A DNA stretch of 64,000 nt from assembly GCF_023055435.1 (NCBI RefSeq), contig NW_025963791.1, positions 40,982,001 through 41,046,000 of the forward strand, read 5' to 3'. This DNA comes from Haliotis rufescens. Lineage: Eukaryota. A model generated the notes under the pieces. The model worked only from the letters and a program-made list of their open reading frames with translations, was not told the origin of the DNA and did no database searches. Both the position numbers and the translations under genes were made by a program. Shown here in pieces: positions 1 through 13,482 of this stretch; positions within the stretch are counted from its first letter, which is position 1; every line of letters starts with the position of its first letter.

Positions 1-207
1 TAATATTATGAGCATTGATGTATATAGTAGGGGTATGATGACACAAAGTGCACCCCAAGTCACCAAGCCTGACCACCCGATCCACTCAGTTGTTTCTCTC
101 GACCACCAGAGGTTGCTGGCGGCCTATTCTAGCCTTGAATCTGTACTGAGTTTTTCAAAAGATGTGCCTTCTGCCTTGGATACAGACCAAACCCACAATA
201 ACACCGC

Positions 208-465
208 CCCATGAAGATCCGGGTTAGAATAGGGCTTCAGCAACCTATGCTTGTCATAAAAGGCGGCCATGCTTGTCGCAAGCAACTGACAGGATCGGGT
301 GGTCAGGATCACTTTCTTGGTTGATACATGTCATTGTATCCCAAATGTGTGGAAAGATGCTCATATCAATCATTGGATTGTCTGGTCCAAACTTATTTAC
401 AGACGACCATATATGTAGCTCATATAGCTGGAATATTACTGAGTGTGGCATTAAACAAACAAACA
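208..465 (+). mobile_element. Family B copy
   Basis: Same head, body and tail as 42426; a degenerate inverted copy lies at 1-155. Confidence 0.85.
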
Positions 466-1638
466 CAATACAGCTGATATACATAACAGGATATTTTTCA
501 TCAGCTGCACTCTCAACTCTATTTGTGTATCCAAGCTTTGTTTTTTGTTCTAAAATGACAGAATATAAATATTCCCAATTATTCACTTCCTGTTATCATG
601 AAAGACAAAACACTGCTCATCCACACAATGATAATGCCAAGAAAAGTAACAGCAGACATTGCAATGCTAATTAAACATGAAACAACTCATGTGACAACAC
701 CTTAAACTATATAATCTTCACCGGCTAGCCCAACTTATCTCATATGTGTAGACCTTTATCATGTATTAAATGGAAAACAATGTTTTGAAGGAAAGTTAAT
801 GCTGTCATTGAATCAAAAAGTGGTCTGTTTATTTACTTTTAATTTATCGCAAATTGTAATCCGTTGAGAAAGAAGATTTAGAATCACATTCCTTTCAAAT
901 ATCCTCTTTATTTGACAACAAGAATTAGTCAACAAACATAGCCAAGTGCTAGTATTTATACATGTACATGGTTTTAGTGAACACAATACATGTGCATGAA
1001 AATTGAGACCCACGCAAATAGTATCCACTGAGAGTCCCTTGGAATGTTAAAAAGTATAAATGTTTGAATTACTAAAACCAATATTGTAGCATAAACGTTA
1101 AACATGAAAAATACCTTGTGACCTGCTTCGTCACATCAGATTCATAATGTCATAGATTAATGTAAAAAGAACCACCACCACCACCCTACACCCCTGATTA
1201 CAACTGACTAATAATCGCTTGAGAGCTCTGGTTATCAATGAGATCAATTATTCGGAGTCATAACCAGCATGATGTCCACCACTGCACAAATCTTTATGAT
1301 CTTGTCTTTCCATCTTGAATGAACAGTTCCTATGTCAATTCAGATCAAACAAATAATACATCTTGTCATAGTTGCCCAGATTGCGTCAAAGATACATATA
1401 GTGCTTGCAGTATGTAATCTGTGCAAATTTTATTTATGTTAATGCAAATGTTGAAAATAATTTGTTGTAGTAAAATATATAAATTAGTTGAGCTCTTTAC
1501 ACTCAATGACAATAGGTAGAAATCGCCTGTTGCTAAAACAACCAAAGACCTGACGGGTCACTTGAATGCATTTACCTGTGATTTAAATGCTACGTCGCAT
1601 CAGCATTATTTCAGCCACACAGCGACAAATGTATCTAC

Positions 1639-2056
1639 TAGGGTCAGCATATTGGCACATAAATAACATTGCAATAAATCGCAATATCATGGAGCTGTAC
1701 TGCTATACATATTGCAATACATATTGGGGCCCAGATTATATATATTTGTACTGTTCAAATGGTACTGCTTCACTCAATAATTCAGGCTTCAGATTGAGAA
1801 ATGGGTATTGACAGTATAGATAAATGAGACTTATTAAGTCACTACCCATTATGTCATCAATATGGAATGTAATGTAAACAGCACAAAGCGTTTGCTGATT
1901 AGATAGGAACCCAGTCCATTCAAATACCTGAAGATACTAGATATAATTATATATCAATTCTTCAGAAAATACTGATACACAAGGTTGTATTGCGATAAGT
2001 GTTTTGCTGACAGCCATACTGCAATATATCTGTTATAACGCAGTCGCACGCCCCTA
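1639..2056. mobile_element. hAT-like MITE
   Basis: TAGGG...CCCCTA ends; 8-bp TSD GTATCTAC/GTATGTAC. Confidence 0.7.
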
Positions 2057-4146
2057 GTATGTACTGAAAAGGCAATTGATGACAAATTTCAAATGCCAGT
2101 CCTCATATCACTCCATTGCCTCAACTTTGTTAAATATTGATAAAAAAATCTGAAAATCAACTATAAAAACAATTTTCTTCTTGGAATTCCAATTGCCAAA
2201 ATCATAAACATACTCAAAGTGGAAAACTTGCAGCATCTATGACACGGATTCAGTCATAGCTGATGAATGTATATTGGACACAATATGTATTACTGTATGC
2301 TAATCATCATGAAATTATACTGCATAATATATTTCTTTTTAACACACTGGCTACCACTGATGGGATCATGAGAAGAGCCAGTAGAACCGTCAATTAAGTT
2401 CAAAGTTTATGAACAATATTGAATCAACATTATATTTATGTTGATAGTACGTCTTGAAAATAACTGTAAATTGCCTTTTTCAAAATCATGCATATCTTCA
2501 TCTTCTTGGCAAAGTTTTTTACAACAATGAACAAGTAGAACTTAAATTATGAAATTTATGATAAAAAAGGCGAAACTGTTTGCGACCAGTTTCCTGTATA
2601 TAATGTCTCTATTACTTCATCTCTTGTGACCACAACATCCAACAAAATATGAAGTCATAAAAATGTGAAGGGTAAAGTTTCGTATATTCAGGTTCATACT
2701 GAACCAATTACAGATGAAAGAATGCATGCAAAATATTGTGTTACTTGAATCAATATTGCAATAGATTGTGTTATGAAATTCAGACCAATACCTATCACTA
2801 CTAGAAATGAAACTTGATTCCTCTGCAAGACACGTGTAAATAGAAATTCATATATTTGACAATTATGTACTTTGCAACACACAAATTTGCATATTTATTT
2901 AAGAAAAGCACATTTCCTTTAGTTTTGATACAAAACAGATCACCAAGCACAAACGCGAAAACCAAACTTATCCCATTAATCCTGACAACTTCTGACATCT
3001 AAAGATACAAACACACGTAAAACAAAGCATATTTATCCCCATGAATGAACTTCAAACTGTAATGTGTTTTTCAATAATAAACAAGTTCATTCTTTATTGC
3101 CAAGTACCCATTGAACAGCCATATTGATTGTCATTTCTTGCATTAGAATTTAAGGTGGGACGTCACCAAACCTGACAATTCAACAGTGCACACGTTGTGT
3201 CAGTCAACTTAGTGTTAATGTAAAGTACTGCTGTACACCAATCAAAACAGTCTGTTATCATTCAGAATTCAGGTGTCTGAGTCTTGATAAGAAAGAGTAA
3301 AAAACTCAGTTAAACACTCTAAAATATGTTATGACTTGACAAACATTCATACTTTGTAAATAGGTTTGAAACTTTCAAAGTTTTAATGCTGACCTGTAAG
3401 AAAAATGTTGATGTGTGCACCATACACGGCTAAAATATAAACCAATCAGTTCGCAAACACAGGTGACATAACTCGAGCGCGGAGAAAGTTTATAGATGAG
3501 GCTGTGGAAGTCATACTTTTACTGTGGAATCTTTTCCTATTGGTAAATAATCTGAATTCCATTGAAGACATAATCTATTTGTATCGCTATCAACATGAAT
3601 TTAAGTTTTGATTCATTCATTCCTTGATATATCAGCAATGTCGTCTTAACAGGCCAAAATTAGGGTGTGCAATGATAATTATGCCAGATTATCATGATTA
3701 TTGTACCAACGTAAATGAATTTGTCAGATGTACTATTTGTTTTTTTCAGCTGAAAAATGTCACCATTCAAATAGGAAAGTGCCACAGTTAATTAGCAATG
3801 CATGCACATTAAGCTCTGACAGCAAACCTATAGGCTCTTCAACAGATTTCAAGTTTCCTCAAAATACTTAAATAGGAAGGATTTAAGGCGTGGAAGAGGA
3901 TACTGCCCAAGTCAGCAGGTAGCTTGACAACAAAAATGTACCTGACATGAATGACATGAATGACCACTTATTAAAGCTTGTGACAAGTTAATAAATTTGA
4001 TGATGTTTCAGTTTCCTATGTTTTTTGGTCACATGGTCAAATCAGATTCCCCATTTACATCAGCAAATGTATTGATCTGCAACCTTTAACAGAGCACTCA
4101 TTAACTGTGCATTAGGCATAAAATTCTTATTATGATGATGTCATAC

Positions 4147-4326
4147 CTCGGAAGCTTCGTCATCATCACTACCCGACATATCGGGTCCAAAATTGGACTG
4201 AGAAGTCGGCAATACTTGGGATTTCTCCACAGACGGCTGTAATGATGGTGTCTGCCCCTGTTCAATCTCGACAGTTCTCACTTCCTTTGCATCTTTATCA
4301 TTTTCCTGAGAGGCATTCTGATTCAT
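4147..4326 (-). CDS. Probable first coding exon of an unidentified gene continuing leftwards (60 aa, acidic/Ser-rich N-terminus)
   Basis: caaaATG context, open frame MNQNASQENDKDAKEVRTVEIEQ...DMSGSDDDEASE ending at the donor GAG|GTATGA (phase 0). A CpG-richer promoter-like stretch lies upstream (4600-4920). Confidence 0.55.
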
Positions 4327-5651
4327 TTTGACATTAATTCGCGTTCTCTTGGTAGTTTTACCCACAATACGAGACGGACAGATGGCTATATCCTTATATT
4401 TCAATCATGCTAGTTGCCACCTTGACCGCCATTACAAATGTTCCATACCAAAACCCCGGATGAATACTACTGCGCAGGAGCAGACAATCGTCAGGGTTGT
4501 AGCAAAAGTTGAACTTCGTGCCCATTCAAAGTTGTATGGTTCATTTCCTCTCTAATTAATTTATTCACATTTATTAAGAAGGTAATAACTTCAATTATCG
4601 ACTGAGTACAGACACTTTACACGTCAATGAGCGTTTTTAGCACTTATATGCCTCTGAGATGGAGTGGGACACGGGTTAAGGGAGGTAACTCGCGAACACG
4701 TGCGCATTATCATTATTACGTAGCCTTTGGAATGTGCAGTATGAGAGGAAATGGCCGAATAATCATATCCGAAAACGCCATCTCTTACATGGAATGAAAC
4801 CGTTCATTGTGTGTCATCAATGCACGATTGTTAGACTGCACTAGCTAAAACGATTGGTTCTTTTCTTAAGAACATGTCGGGGCTACTGTACATAAAGAGT
4901 TTCAAAGGTCACGTCGCACTGTTAAAGCACTAGGCTATGCCTGCACATAGCTAGCCAGAGTTGGTTTTTGATTGTAAACAAATGGTTGAGTAAAAATAAT
5001 TTTGGATAAGGTGTATAAATTTCTAAGAATTCTACCTGCTACAGTTTTAAATCACAAACACGAGATCCTTTTATGGCTGCCTGGTTTTGTTCTGTTGTCC
5101 AAGTTATGTAAATAGATCTTTCAAAGCTCCATGTAGATCTAGATCTGAATATATTTACTTTCGATCTCCTTGATCCGGACAAGGTTTCATCATTGTGTAG
5201 AAAAATAAGTACAAAATGAATTACATTGAACCATAAAAATGGATTTTTTCAACATAACTGTTGTTTTTGTAAAGCTGCTCAGGGTACTTTTCAATCTACA
5301 CATATTCACAATGAAGACAATAAGATGGAAATACATTCTGAAGCAGCAGTCTTTCATTTCAGACATGATAGTATATGGCTTTGTGGAAACGTAAACAAGG
5401 TCAATGTACCAGAACTCTTGTACTTTCCAAGATTGGATTCTCTAAAGGCCACTCTCATTTGACTGGAATATTGTTGAGCATTAAACAATCACTCACTCAC
5501 ACTATCAGACCATTAAGAGTTAACAATTACATAGAAGAAGTTGTCCACAGCCAAAGATCCTTCACATTCACTGATAAGATTTAATTCGAGGATCGGAATA
5601 TGAAAGCTTTTAACAACCCCACTTTTCGAATATGCTGTTAATACTATACGG

Positions 5652-5887
5652 ACCCAGCGGAATTCTGGGTTAGAATAGGTCCCAGTCAACCTATGCTGGT
5701 GGTCATAGACAACCAAATGGATCAGGTGGTCAGACTCGGGCACTTGATTGTTTCCTGAAGGCTTGGATCCTTGCTCACAATATCGATCACTGGGTTGTCT
5801 GATCCAGATTTTATTATATACAGGCTAGCCATCATATTGCTGGAATATTGCTGAATGTGGTGTTAAACAAACAAAAACAAAAAACAA
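5652..5887 (+). mobile_element. Diverged family B copy
   Basis: GGGTTAGAATAGGTC...GCTGGAATATTGCTGAATGTGGTGTTAAACAAAC. Confidence 0.75.
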
Positions 5888-6039
5888 TAGCGGGAGGAAA
5901 TAATTATTATCAAAGAAGTGTTTTTATATAAATATATGCATGTGGACTGAGTTTTGTTTAACTACCCCATCTTTAAGATTACATGTTATAGGCCAAACAC
6001 AGTTGGTACACCATCTTTAGGTGTACATGTTACTTGACT

Positions 6040-7600
6040 CAAACAGTTCGTTCACCAGCTCTAAAGGTACATGTTACATGCCTAACACAGTAACACCAGC
6101 TCTTAAAGAACAGGTTACAGGTCTAACACAGTAACACCAGCTCTGAAAGTACAGGTTACAGGTCTAACACAGTAACACCAGCTCTTAAAGTACAGATTAC
6201 ATGTCTAACACAGTAACACCAGCTCTAAAAGTACAGGTTACAGGTCTAACACAGTCGGTGACACAAGCTCTAAAAGTACAGGTTACAGGTCTAACACAGT
6301 CGGTGACACCATCTCTGAAAGTACAGGTTACAGGTCTAACACAGTAACACCAGCTCTTAAAGTACAGATTACAGCTCTAACACAGTAACACAAGCTCTAA
6401 AAGTACAGGTTACAGGTCTAACACAGTCGGTGATACCATCTCTGAAAGTACAGGTTACAGGTCTAACACAGTAACACCAGCTCTTAAAGTACAGGTTACA
6501 GGTCTAACACAGTAACACAAGCTCTAAAAGTACAGGTTACAGGTCTAACACAGTCAGTGACACCAGCTCTAAAAGTACAGGTTACAGGTCTAACACAGTA
6601 ACACCAGCTCTTAAAGTACAGATTACAGGTCTAACACAGTAACACCAGCTCTAAAAGTACAGGTTACAGGTCTAACACAGTAACACCAGCTCTAAAAGTA
6701 CAGGTTACAGGTCTAACACAGTCGGTGACACCATCTCTGAAAGTACAGGTTACAGGTCTAACACAGTAACACCAGCTCTTAAAGTACAGATTACAGGTCT
6801 AACACAGTAACACCAGCTCTAAAAGTACAGGTTACAGGTCTAACACAGTAACACCAGCTCTAAAAGTACAGGTTACAGGTCTAACACAGTCGGTGACACC
6901 ATCTCTGAAAGTACAGGTTACAGGTCTAACACAGTAACACCAGCTCTTAAAGTACAGATTACAGCTCTAACACAGTAACACAAGCTCTAAAAGTACAGGT
7001 TACAGGTCTAACACAGTCGGTGACACCATCTCTGAAAGTACAGGTTACAGGTCTAACACAGTAACACCAGCTCTTAAAGTACAGATTACAGGTCTAACAC
7101 AGTAACACCAGCTCTAAAAGTACAGGTTACAGGTCTAACACAGTAACACCAGCTCTGAAAGTACAGGTTACAGGTCTAACACAGTAACACCAGCTCTAAA
7201 AGTACAGGTTACAGGTCTAACACAGTAACACCAGCTCTAAAGGTACATGTTACATGCCTAACACAGTAACACCAGCTCTTAAAGTACAGTTTACAGGTCT
7301 AACACAGTCGATGACACCAGCTCTTAAAGTACAGGTTACAGGTCTAACACAGTCGATAACACCAGCTCTTAAAGTACAGGTTACAGGTCTAACACAGTCG
7401 ATGACACCAGCTCTTAAAGTACAGGTTACAGGTCTAACACAGTCGATGACACCAGCTCTTAAAGTACAGTTTACAGGTCTAACACAGTCGATGACACCAG
7501 CTCTTAAAGTACAGGTTACAGGTCTAACACAGTCGATAACACCAGCTCTTAAAGTACAGGTTACAGGTCTAACACAGTCGATAACACCAGCTCTTAAAGT
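6040..7600. repeat. Minisatellite, 41-bp unit with 45-bp variant
   Basis: Unit ACAGTAACACCAGCTCTAAAAGTACAGGTTACAGGTCTAAC. The 45-bp variant (ACAGTCGRTGACACC...) is interspersed, then homogeneous from about 7300. Confidence 0.97.
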
Positions 7601-7920
7601 ATATGTAGTGCATCAGGTTAATCCGGAAATTCAGTAGCCCCGTTGAACCAGTTGATCTGCACAGCCCATGGTCCTATCATCAGACTTTGCAGTGATTGCT
7701 GACCTATTACCAACTTTCTATGATAGAGTATGAAAATGTCAATTGTTGTTCCGCACTCCTGTTACAAACATGTGTACGATATCTTTCTGAACCCTGGGAT
7801 GTATGAAAGGCACGACCTGTGTGAAACTTAGGCTGATTATAGGTATTCTGTTACCATTTTGGGTGAGACTGCAGAAATAGTGTGTGGCCACTGGTTTAAT
7901 TATGTTGTTGTTGTTTGTTT

Positions 7921-10900
7921 GTACGGGTCGGGTGGAGTCATTACTTAATTACATGTCGGGTTGAGTCATTGCTCGAGTACAGGTTGGGTGGAGTCATGGC
8001 TCGAGTACATGTCGGGTTGAGTCATTACTCGAGTACTTGTCGGGTGGAGTCATGACTTGAGTACATGTCGGGTGGAGTCATTACTCGAGTACTTGTTGGG
8101 TGGAGTCATGGCTCGAGTACATGTCGGGTGGAGTCATTACTCGAGTACTTGTCGGGTGGAGTCATGACTTGAGTACATGTCGGGTGTAGTCATTACTCGA
8201 GTACTTGTCGGGTGGAGTCATGGCTCGAGTACATGTCGGGTTGAGTCATTACTCGAGTACTTGTCGGGTGGAGTCATGACTTGAGTACATGTCAGGTGGA
8301 GTCATTACTCAAGTACAGTTCGGGTGGAGTCATTACTCGAGTACTTGTCGGGTGGAGTCATGACTTGAGTACATGTCGGGTGGAGTCATTACTCGAGTAC
8401 AGTTCGGGTGGAGTCATGACTTGAGTACTTGTCGGGTGGAGTCATGACTTGAGTACATGTCAGGTGGAGTCATTACTCGAGTACAGTTCGGGTGGAGTCA
8501 TGACTTGAGTACTTGTCGGGTGGAGTCATGACTTGAGTACATGTCGGGTGGAGTCATTACTCGAGTACTTGTCGGGTGGAGTCATGGCTCGAGTACATGT
8601 CGGGTTGAGTCATTACTCGAGTACTTGTCGGGTGGAGTCATGACTTGAGTACATGTCGGGTGGAGTCATTACTCGAGTACTTGTCGGGTGGAGTCATGGC
8701 TCGAGTACTTGTCGGGTGGAGTCATGACTCGAGTACTTGTCGGGTGGAGTCATTACTCGAGTACTTGTCGGGTGGAGTCATGGCTCGAGTACTTGTCGGG
8801 TGAAGTCATGACTTGAGTACATGTCGGGTGGAGTCATTACTCGAGTACTTGTCGGGTGGAGTCATGACTTGAGTACTTGTCGGGTGGAGTCATGACTTGA
8901 GTACATGTCGGGTGGAGTCATTACTCGAGTACTTGTCGGGTGGAGTCATGACTTGAGTACATGTCGGGTGGAGTCATTACTCGAGTACAGTTCGGGTGGA
9001 GTCATTACTCGAGTACTTGTCGGGTGGAGTCATGGCTCGAGTACTTGTCTGGTTGAGTCATTACTCGAGTACTTGTCGGGTGGAGTCATGACTTGAGTAC
9101 ATGTCAGGTGGAGTCATTACTCGAGTACAGTTCGGGTGGAGTCATTACTCGAGTACAGTTCGGGTGGAGTCATTACTCGAGTACTTGTCGGGTGGAGTCA
9201 TGACTTGAGTACATGTCAGGTGGAGTCATTACTCGAGTACAGTTCAGGTGGAGTCATTACTCGAGTACAGTTCGGGTGGAGTCATTACTCGAGTACTTGT
9301 CGGGTGGAGTCATTACTCGAGTACTTGTCGGGTGGAGTCATGACTTGAGTACTTGTCGGGTGGAGTCATGGCTCCAGTACAGTTCGGGTGGAGTCATGGC
9401 TCAAGTACGTGTCAGGCTTAAGTCATTACTGGAGTATGTGTCGGGTGGAGTCATTACTCGAGTACGGGTTTGGTGGAGTCGTTACTCGAGTACGGGTCGG
9501 GTTGAGTCATTACTTAATTACATGTCGGGTTGAGTCATTACTTGAGTATGGGTCGGGTTGAGTCATAACTCGAGTATGGGTCGGGTTGAGTCATTACTTG
9601 AATACTGGTCGGGTTGAGTCATTACTTGAGTACATATCGGGTGGAGTCATGGCTTGAGTACGTGTCGGGTGAAGTTATTACTCGAATAAAGGTCGGGTAG
9701 AGTCATTACTCAAGGACGGAACGGGTTGAGTCATTACTCAAGTACATGTCGTGTGGAGTCATTACTCAAGTACATGTCGGGTGGAGTCATTACTCAAGTA
9801 CATGTCGGTTGGAGTCATTACTCAAATACGTGTCGGATGGAGTCATTACTCCAGTACGGGTCGGGTGGAGTCATTACTCCAGTACGGGTCAGGTGGAGTC
9901 ATTACTCGAGTACGTGTTGGGGCGGAGTCATTACTCGAGTACGGGTCAGGTTGAGTCATTACTCGAGTACATGTCGGGTGGAGTCATGGCTTGAGTACGT
10001 GTCGGGTGAAGTTATTACTCGAATAAAGGTCGGGTAGAGTCATTACTCAAGGACGGGACGGGTTGAGTCATTACTCAAGTATATGTGGGGCGGTCGGGTA
10101 GCCTAGTGGTTAAAGCGTTCGCTCGTCACGCCGAAGACCCGGGTTCGATTCCCGACATGGGTACAATGTGTGAAGCCCATTTCTGGTGTCCCCCGCCGTG
10201 ATATTGCTGGAATATTGCTAAAAGCGGCGTAAAACTAAACTCACTCACTCACTCACTCAAGTATATGTCGGTTGGAGTCATTACTCAAATACGTGTCGGA
10301 TGGAGTCATTACTCGAGTACGGGTCAGGTGGAGTCATTACTCAAGTACATGTCGGTTGGAGTCATTACTCAAATACGTGTCGGATGGAGTCATTACTCGA
10401 GTACGGGTCGGGTGGAGTCATTACTCAAGTACATGTAAGGTGGAGTCATTACTCAAGTACATGTCAGGTGGAGTCATTACTCAAGTACATGTCTGGTGGA
10501 GTCATTACTCAAGTACATGTTGGGTGGAGTCATGGCTCGAGTACAGTTTGGGTGGAGTCATTGCTCGAGTACAGGTCGTGTGGAGTCATTACTCAAGTAC
10601 GCGTCGGGTGGAGTCAGGGCTCAATACGTGTCGGGTAGAGTCATTACTCGAGTACGGGTCGGGTTGAGTCATTACTCAAGTACATGTCGGTTGGAGTCAT
10701 TACTCAAATACGTGTCGGATGGAGTCATTACTCAAGTACGGGTCGGGTGGAGTCATTACTCCAGTACGGGTCAGGTGGAGTCATTACTCGAGTACGGGTC
10801 AGGTGGAGTCATTACTCGAGTACGTGTTGGGGCGGAGTCATTACTCGAGTACGGGTCAGGTTGAGTCATTACTCAAGTATATGTCGGGTGGAGTCATTAC

Positions 10901-11222
10901 TCAAGTACATGTCGGGTGGAGTCATTACTCGAGTACGTGTCGGTTGGAGCCATTACTCAAGTATATGTCGGGTGGAGTCATTACTCAAGTACGTGTCGGG
11001 GGGGAGTCATTACTCGAGTACGTGTCGGGTGGAGTCATTACTCGAGTACGTGTCGGGTGGAGTCATTACTCGAGTATTATCGGGTGGAGTCATTACTCGA
11101 GTACGTGTCGGGTGGAGTCATTACTCGAGTACATGTCGGGTCGAGTCATTACTCGAGTACGGGTCGGATGGAGTCATGGCTCGAGTACGTGTCGGGTTCG
11201 AGTCATTACTGTTTGGGTAGAG
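7921..11222. repeat. Satellite, 28-bp unit
   Basis: Unit GGGTGGAGTCATTACTCGAGTACATGTC, more than 100 copies; interrupted by a SINE at 10087-10254. Confidence 0.97.
10087..10254 (+). mobile_element. tRNA-derived SINE family A (tRNA-Asp/Val-like head, (ACTC)n tail), full length
   Basis: Box A TAGCCTAGTGG, box B GGTTCGATTCC, 14-bp TSD ACTCAAGTATATGT (10073-10086 and 10255-10268). Confidence 0.92.
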
Positions 11223-11626
11223 TCATTCAACCCTGATGTCATAGCATAGATCCCAAGCGCATCATGCCTGGCGTAAGAGCCATGGAAGAGGCGTTCGGCT
11301 TGTAAGGTTCAGTGACTTGCGTGTCATTCTTCTCAGATTGCGTTTATCATGCTTTCCAAATTTAGCTGACTGCGACGTTCAACCACATTCAGCCAATCAC
11401 ACTCTACAACTGCCATGCGTCCATTTAAATATTTGATCTGTATTTTGTTTCGATTTTTCTGGTACTTGCTGGAAATACCTCTAAATATACTCCTCACCAA
11501 AAGAAACGCATATGTGGTTTTCAATAGATTCATTCTGTGACTTAATTCTATAAGGCTTTGGAAGCGATATGTTGGGCATGTGTGTGTTTGAGAGTTTACA
11601 GAGTTCTTCAGATGTTGTCAGGGAAG

Positions 11627-12250
11627 TCATTGTATGCGCCGGTTACGCCACTTTCTCCAACACAGCAAGTCGTAAAGTCTAGCACCGTGTGTGTCCACCA
11701 CTGGTAACTCCACACCTGCCCATGGAACCAAGAAGCCAGCGGATGTCACCTTTAGGAAAGGCATCTCCTTCCCGAAGAGCTGCAGACTGTGGCCTCGTGT
11801 TGACGCCGACTTGCACGTCTGTCTTTTTCCTCCACAGATGCTCAATTGGTGTAAGATCCTGGGACCTTGACGGCCACGGCAGTACGTTTATGCTCAGCTC
11901 ACAGGATGTGTGGGGGACGAGTATTGTCATGCTGAAAAATGGCGCCCGGTGCTTGCAGAGCTGGGACAACGAGACGTCATAATTAAGATCTCGTCATTAT
12001 AACGCATATACCTGATAAGTTGCCCTTGGTATGAACATCTGTTCTCTCTCAACAACGCAAGACTCTCCTCATCTTGGCACTTCCTGTATCAAATCTGTCG
12101 ACTTCTTGTACGCAACATCCGGTATAACGCTCCTTCCGTCGCAGAAAAAACCCGATTGTAACTAAACCGAGCCACTGATGTTTCTCGAGACCACTGCAGC
12201 CGCTGAAGTGAATTACGTTGAGATTAAATAACGCCAAAGTACGGTCTCAT
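11627..12250 (-). pseudogene. Tc1/mariner transposase relic
   Basis: CVQEVDRF, FQHDNTRP and LPWPSRSQDLTPIEHLW (Tc1 WPxxSPDLNPIE motif), frameshifted. Confidence 0.8.
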
Positions 12251-12549
12251 TACTCGGATTCCTGCAGCGTGTAAACGGTTACCACAGCCTGTGCAGATAT
12301 GTGGCGTACACTAGGAATTTGTGTTGCAGTGTACTTTGCAGTCAGTGTCCTGTTTGGAACTTGACTCATCAGCTAGTATTTTCTTTACTATATAGGTGGC
12401 CTAACTGAGAAAGGTTTAGTAGTCATCAGATATACTTCAATTGTCAGCTTCCCGTTTGAGAGAAATCGTATCAGGCATACAGCAACAACAAATTTATGAG
12501 CACAGAGTTTCATACCTCAATGGAATTCGAACCTGCAACCTCTTGCTAT

Positions 12550-12812
12550 GGTTCGATACTTGGCTGTGTCATACCAAAAGACGGTACTTGTTGTTACCAT
12601 GTCTCGGGCTCGGCATTAAGGGGTTAAAACAAGGACTGGTCGGCTCGGAGTCAGTATGCTGTGTCTGAATGGGGTATTCATGCTAAACTGCGGCATGGTA
12701 TCTCAGTGGGTAGCACTATACAAGCAGCCAAACACACACACACGTGCATGCACGTCGCTATATAAGTGCAATATTCTTAGACGCGGCGTTAACCCCCATT
12801 TCACCTCACCTA
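12550..12812 (+). mobile_element. SINE family D copy (5'-truncated)
   Basis: GGTTCGATACTTGGCTGTGTCATACCAAAAGAC...GCGGCGTTAACCCCCATTTCACCTCACC. Confidence 0.7.
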
Positions 12813-13204
12813 AACATATCTTGTATATGTTTACAGTCCTAACACATTTTTAAAACGCGGTTTAAGTAGTGAATTAAGCTAAATTAATAAATGATTTATC
12901 TTCGTGCAGTCTACCAGGTAGGGTAGTACATTCGTTGTTTAGTAACTTTCTGGCCGCCGTGACTAACTAACTTAGTAGAATTCACAAGACCCTTTTCTCA
13001 GTGTAGGCTGCAGCTGTGCCAGGTCTCCCTGACCTGTGAGATCTCTAGTGGTGTCCGAATATTCTCTACCTCCCCTCTAAAACATGTAATCTCAAGGTAC
13101 GCCCCGGGGCTTTAAAAATATAGCTATAAATAAAGAATCAAACCTGTCTCTTCTGCGAGACGATCGAACGCTTCGTCCACTCGGCTGTACATCATGCATT
13201 TGTA

Positions 13205-13372
13205 GTGAGTGAGTGAGTGGGTATGGTTTTACGTCGCTTTAAGCAATATTTCAGCAATATCACGGCCGGGGACACCGGAAATGGGCTTCACACATTGTAC
13301 TCATGTCGGGAATCGAACCCGGGTCTTCGGCGTCACATGCGAACGCTTTAACCACTAGGCTCTCCACCGTCC
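13205..13372 (-). mobile_element. SINE family A copy
   Basis: Reverse complement of the 10087 element. Confidence 0.88.
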
Positions 13373-13482
13373 CACATGCGTCTGTAATTGAAACAACTGA
13401 CGTGAACGTACATGATGACATTCGACCTGAAATAGAGAAGGGATGCAGACGTTTGAAACTTGACAGACATAGACCTGGGAAT

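Noticed and set aside
254-674. 110-133 aa ORFs overlapping family B copies (also 19900, 15954, 27180, 42412)
   Set aside because: Chance frames through a non-coding repeat; frames are not preserved between copies.
10087-10165. tRNA-Asp gene (also 22040, 34650 and others)
   Set aside because: No acceptor stem; it continues into a shared body, tail and TSD, so it is a SINE head.
7921-11222. CRISPR-like array (28-bp partly palindromic repeat)
   Set aside because: Units are head-to-tail without unique spacers, there are no cas genes, and the context is eukaryotic.
7254-11249. Numerous repetitive ORFs (TPALKVQVTGLTQSM; GGVITRV/WSHYSST/VESLLEY)
   Set aside because: Translations of the 45-bp and 28-bp satellites.
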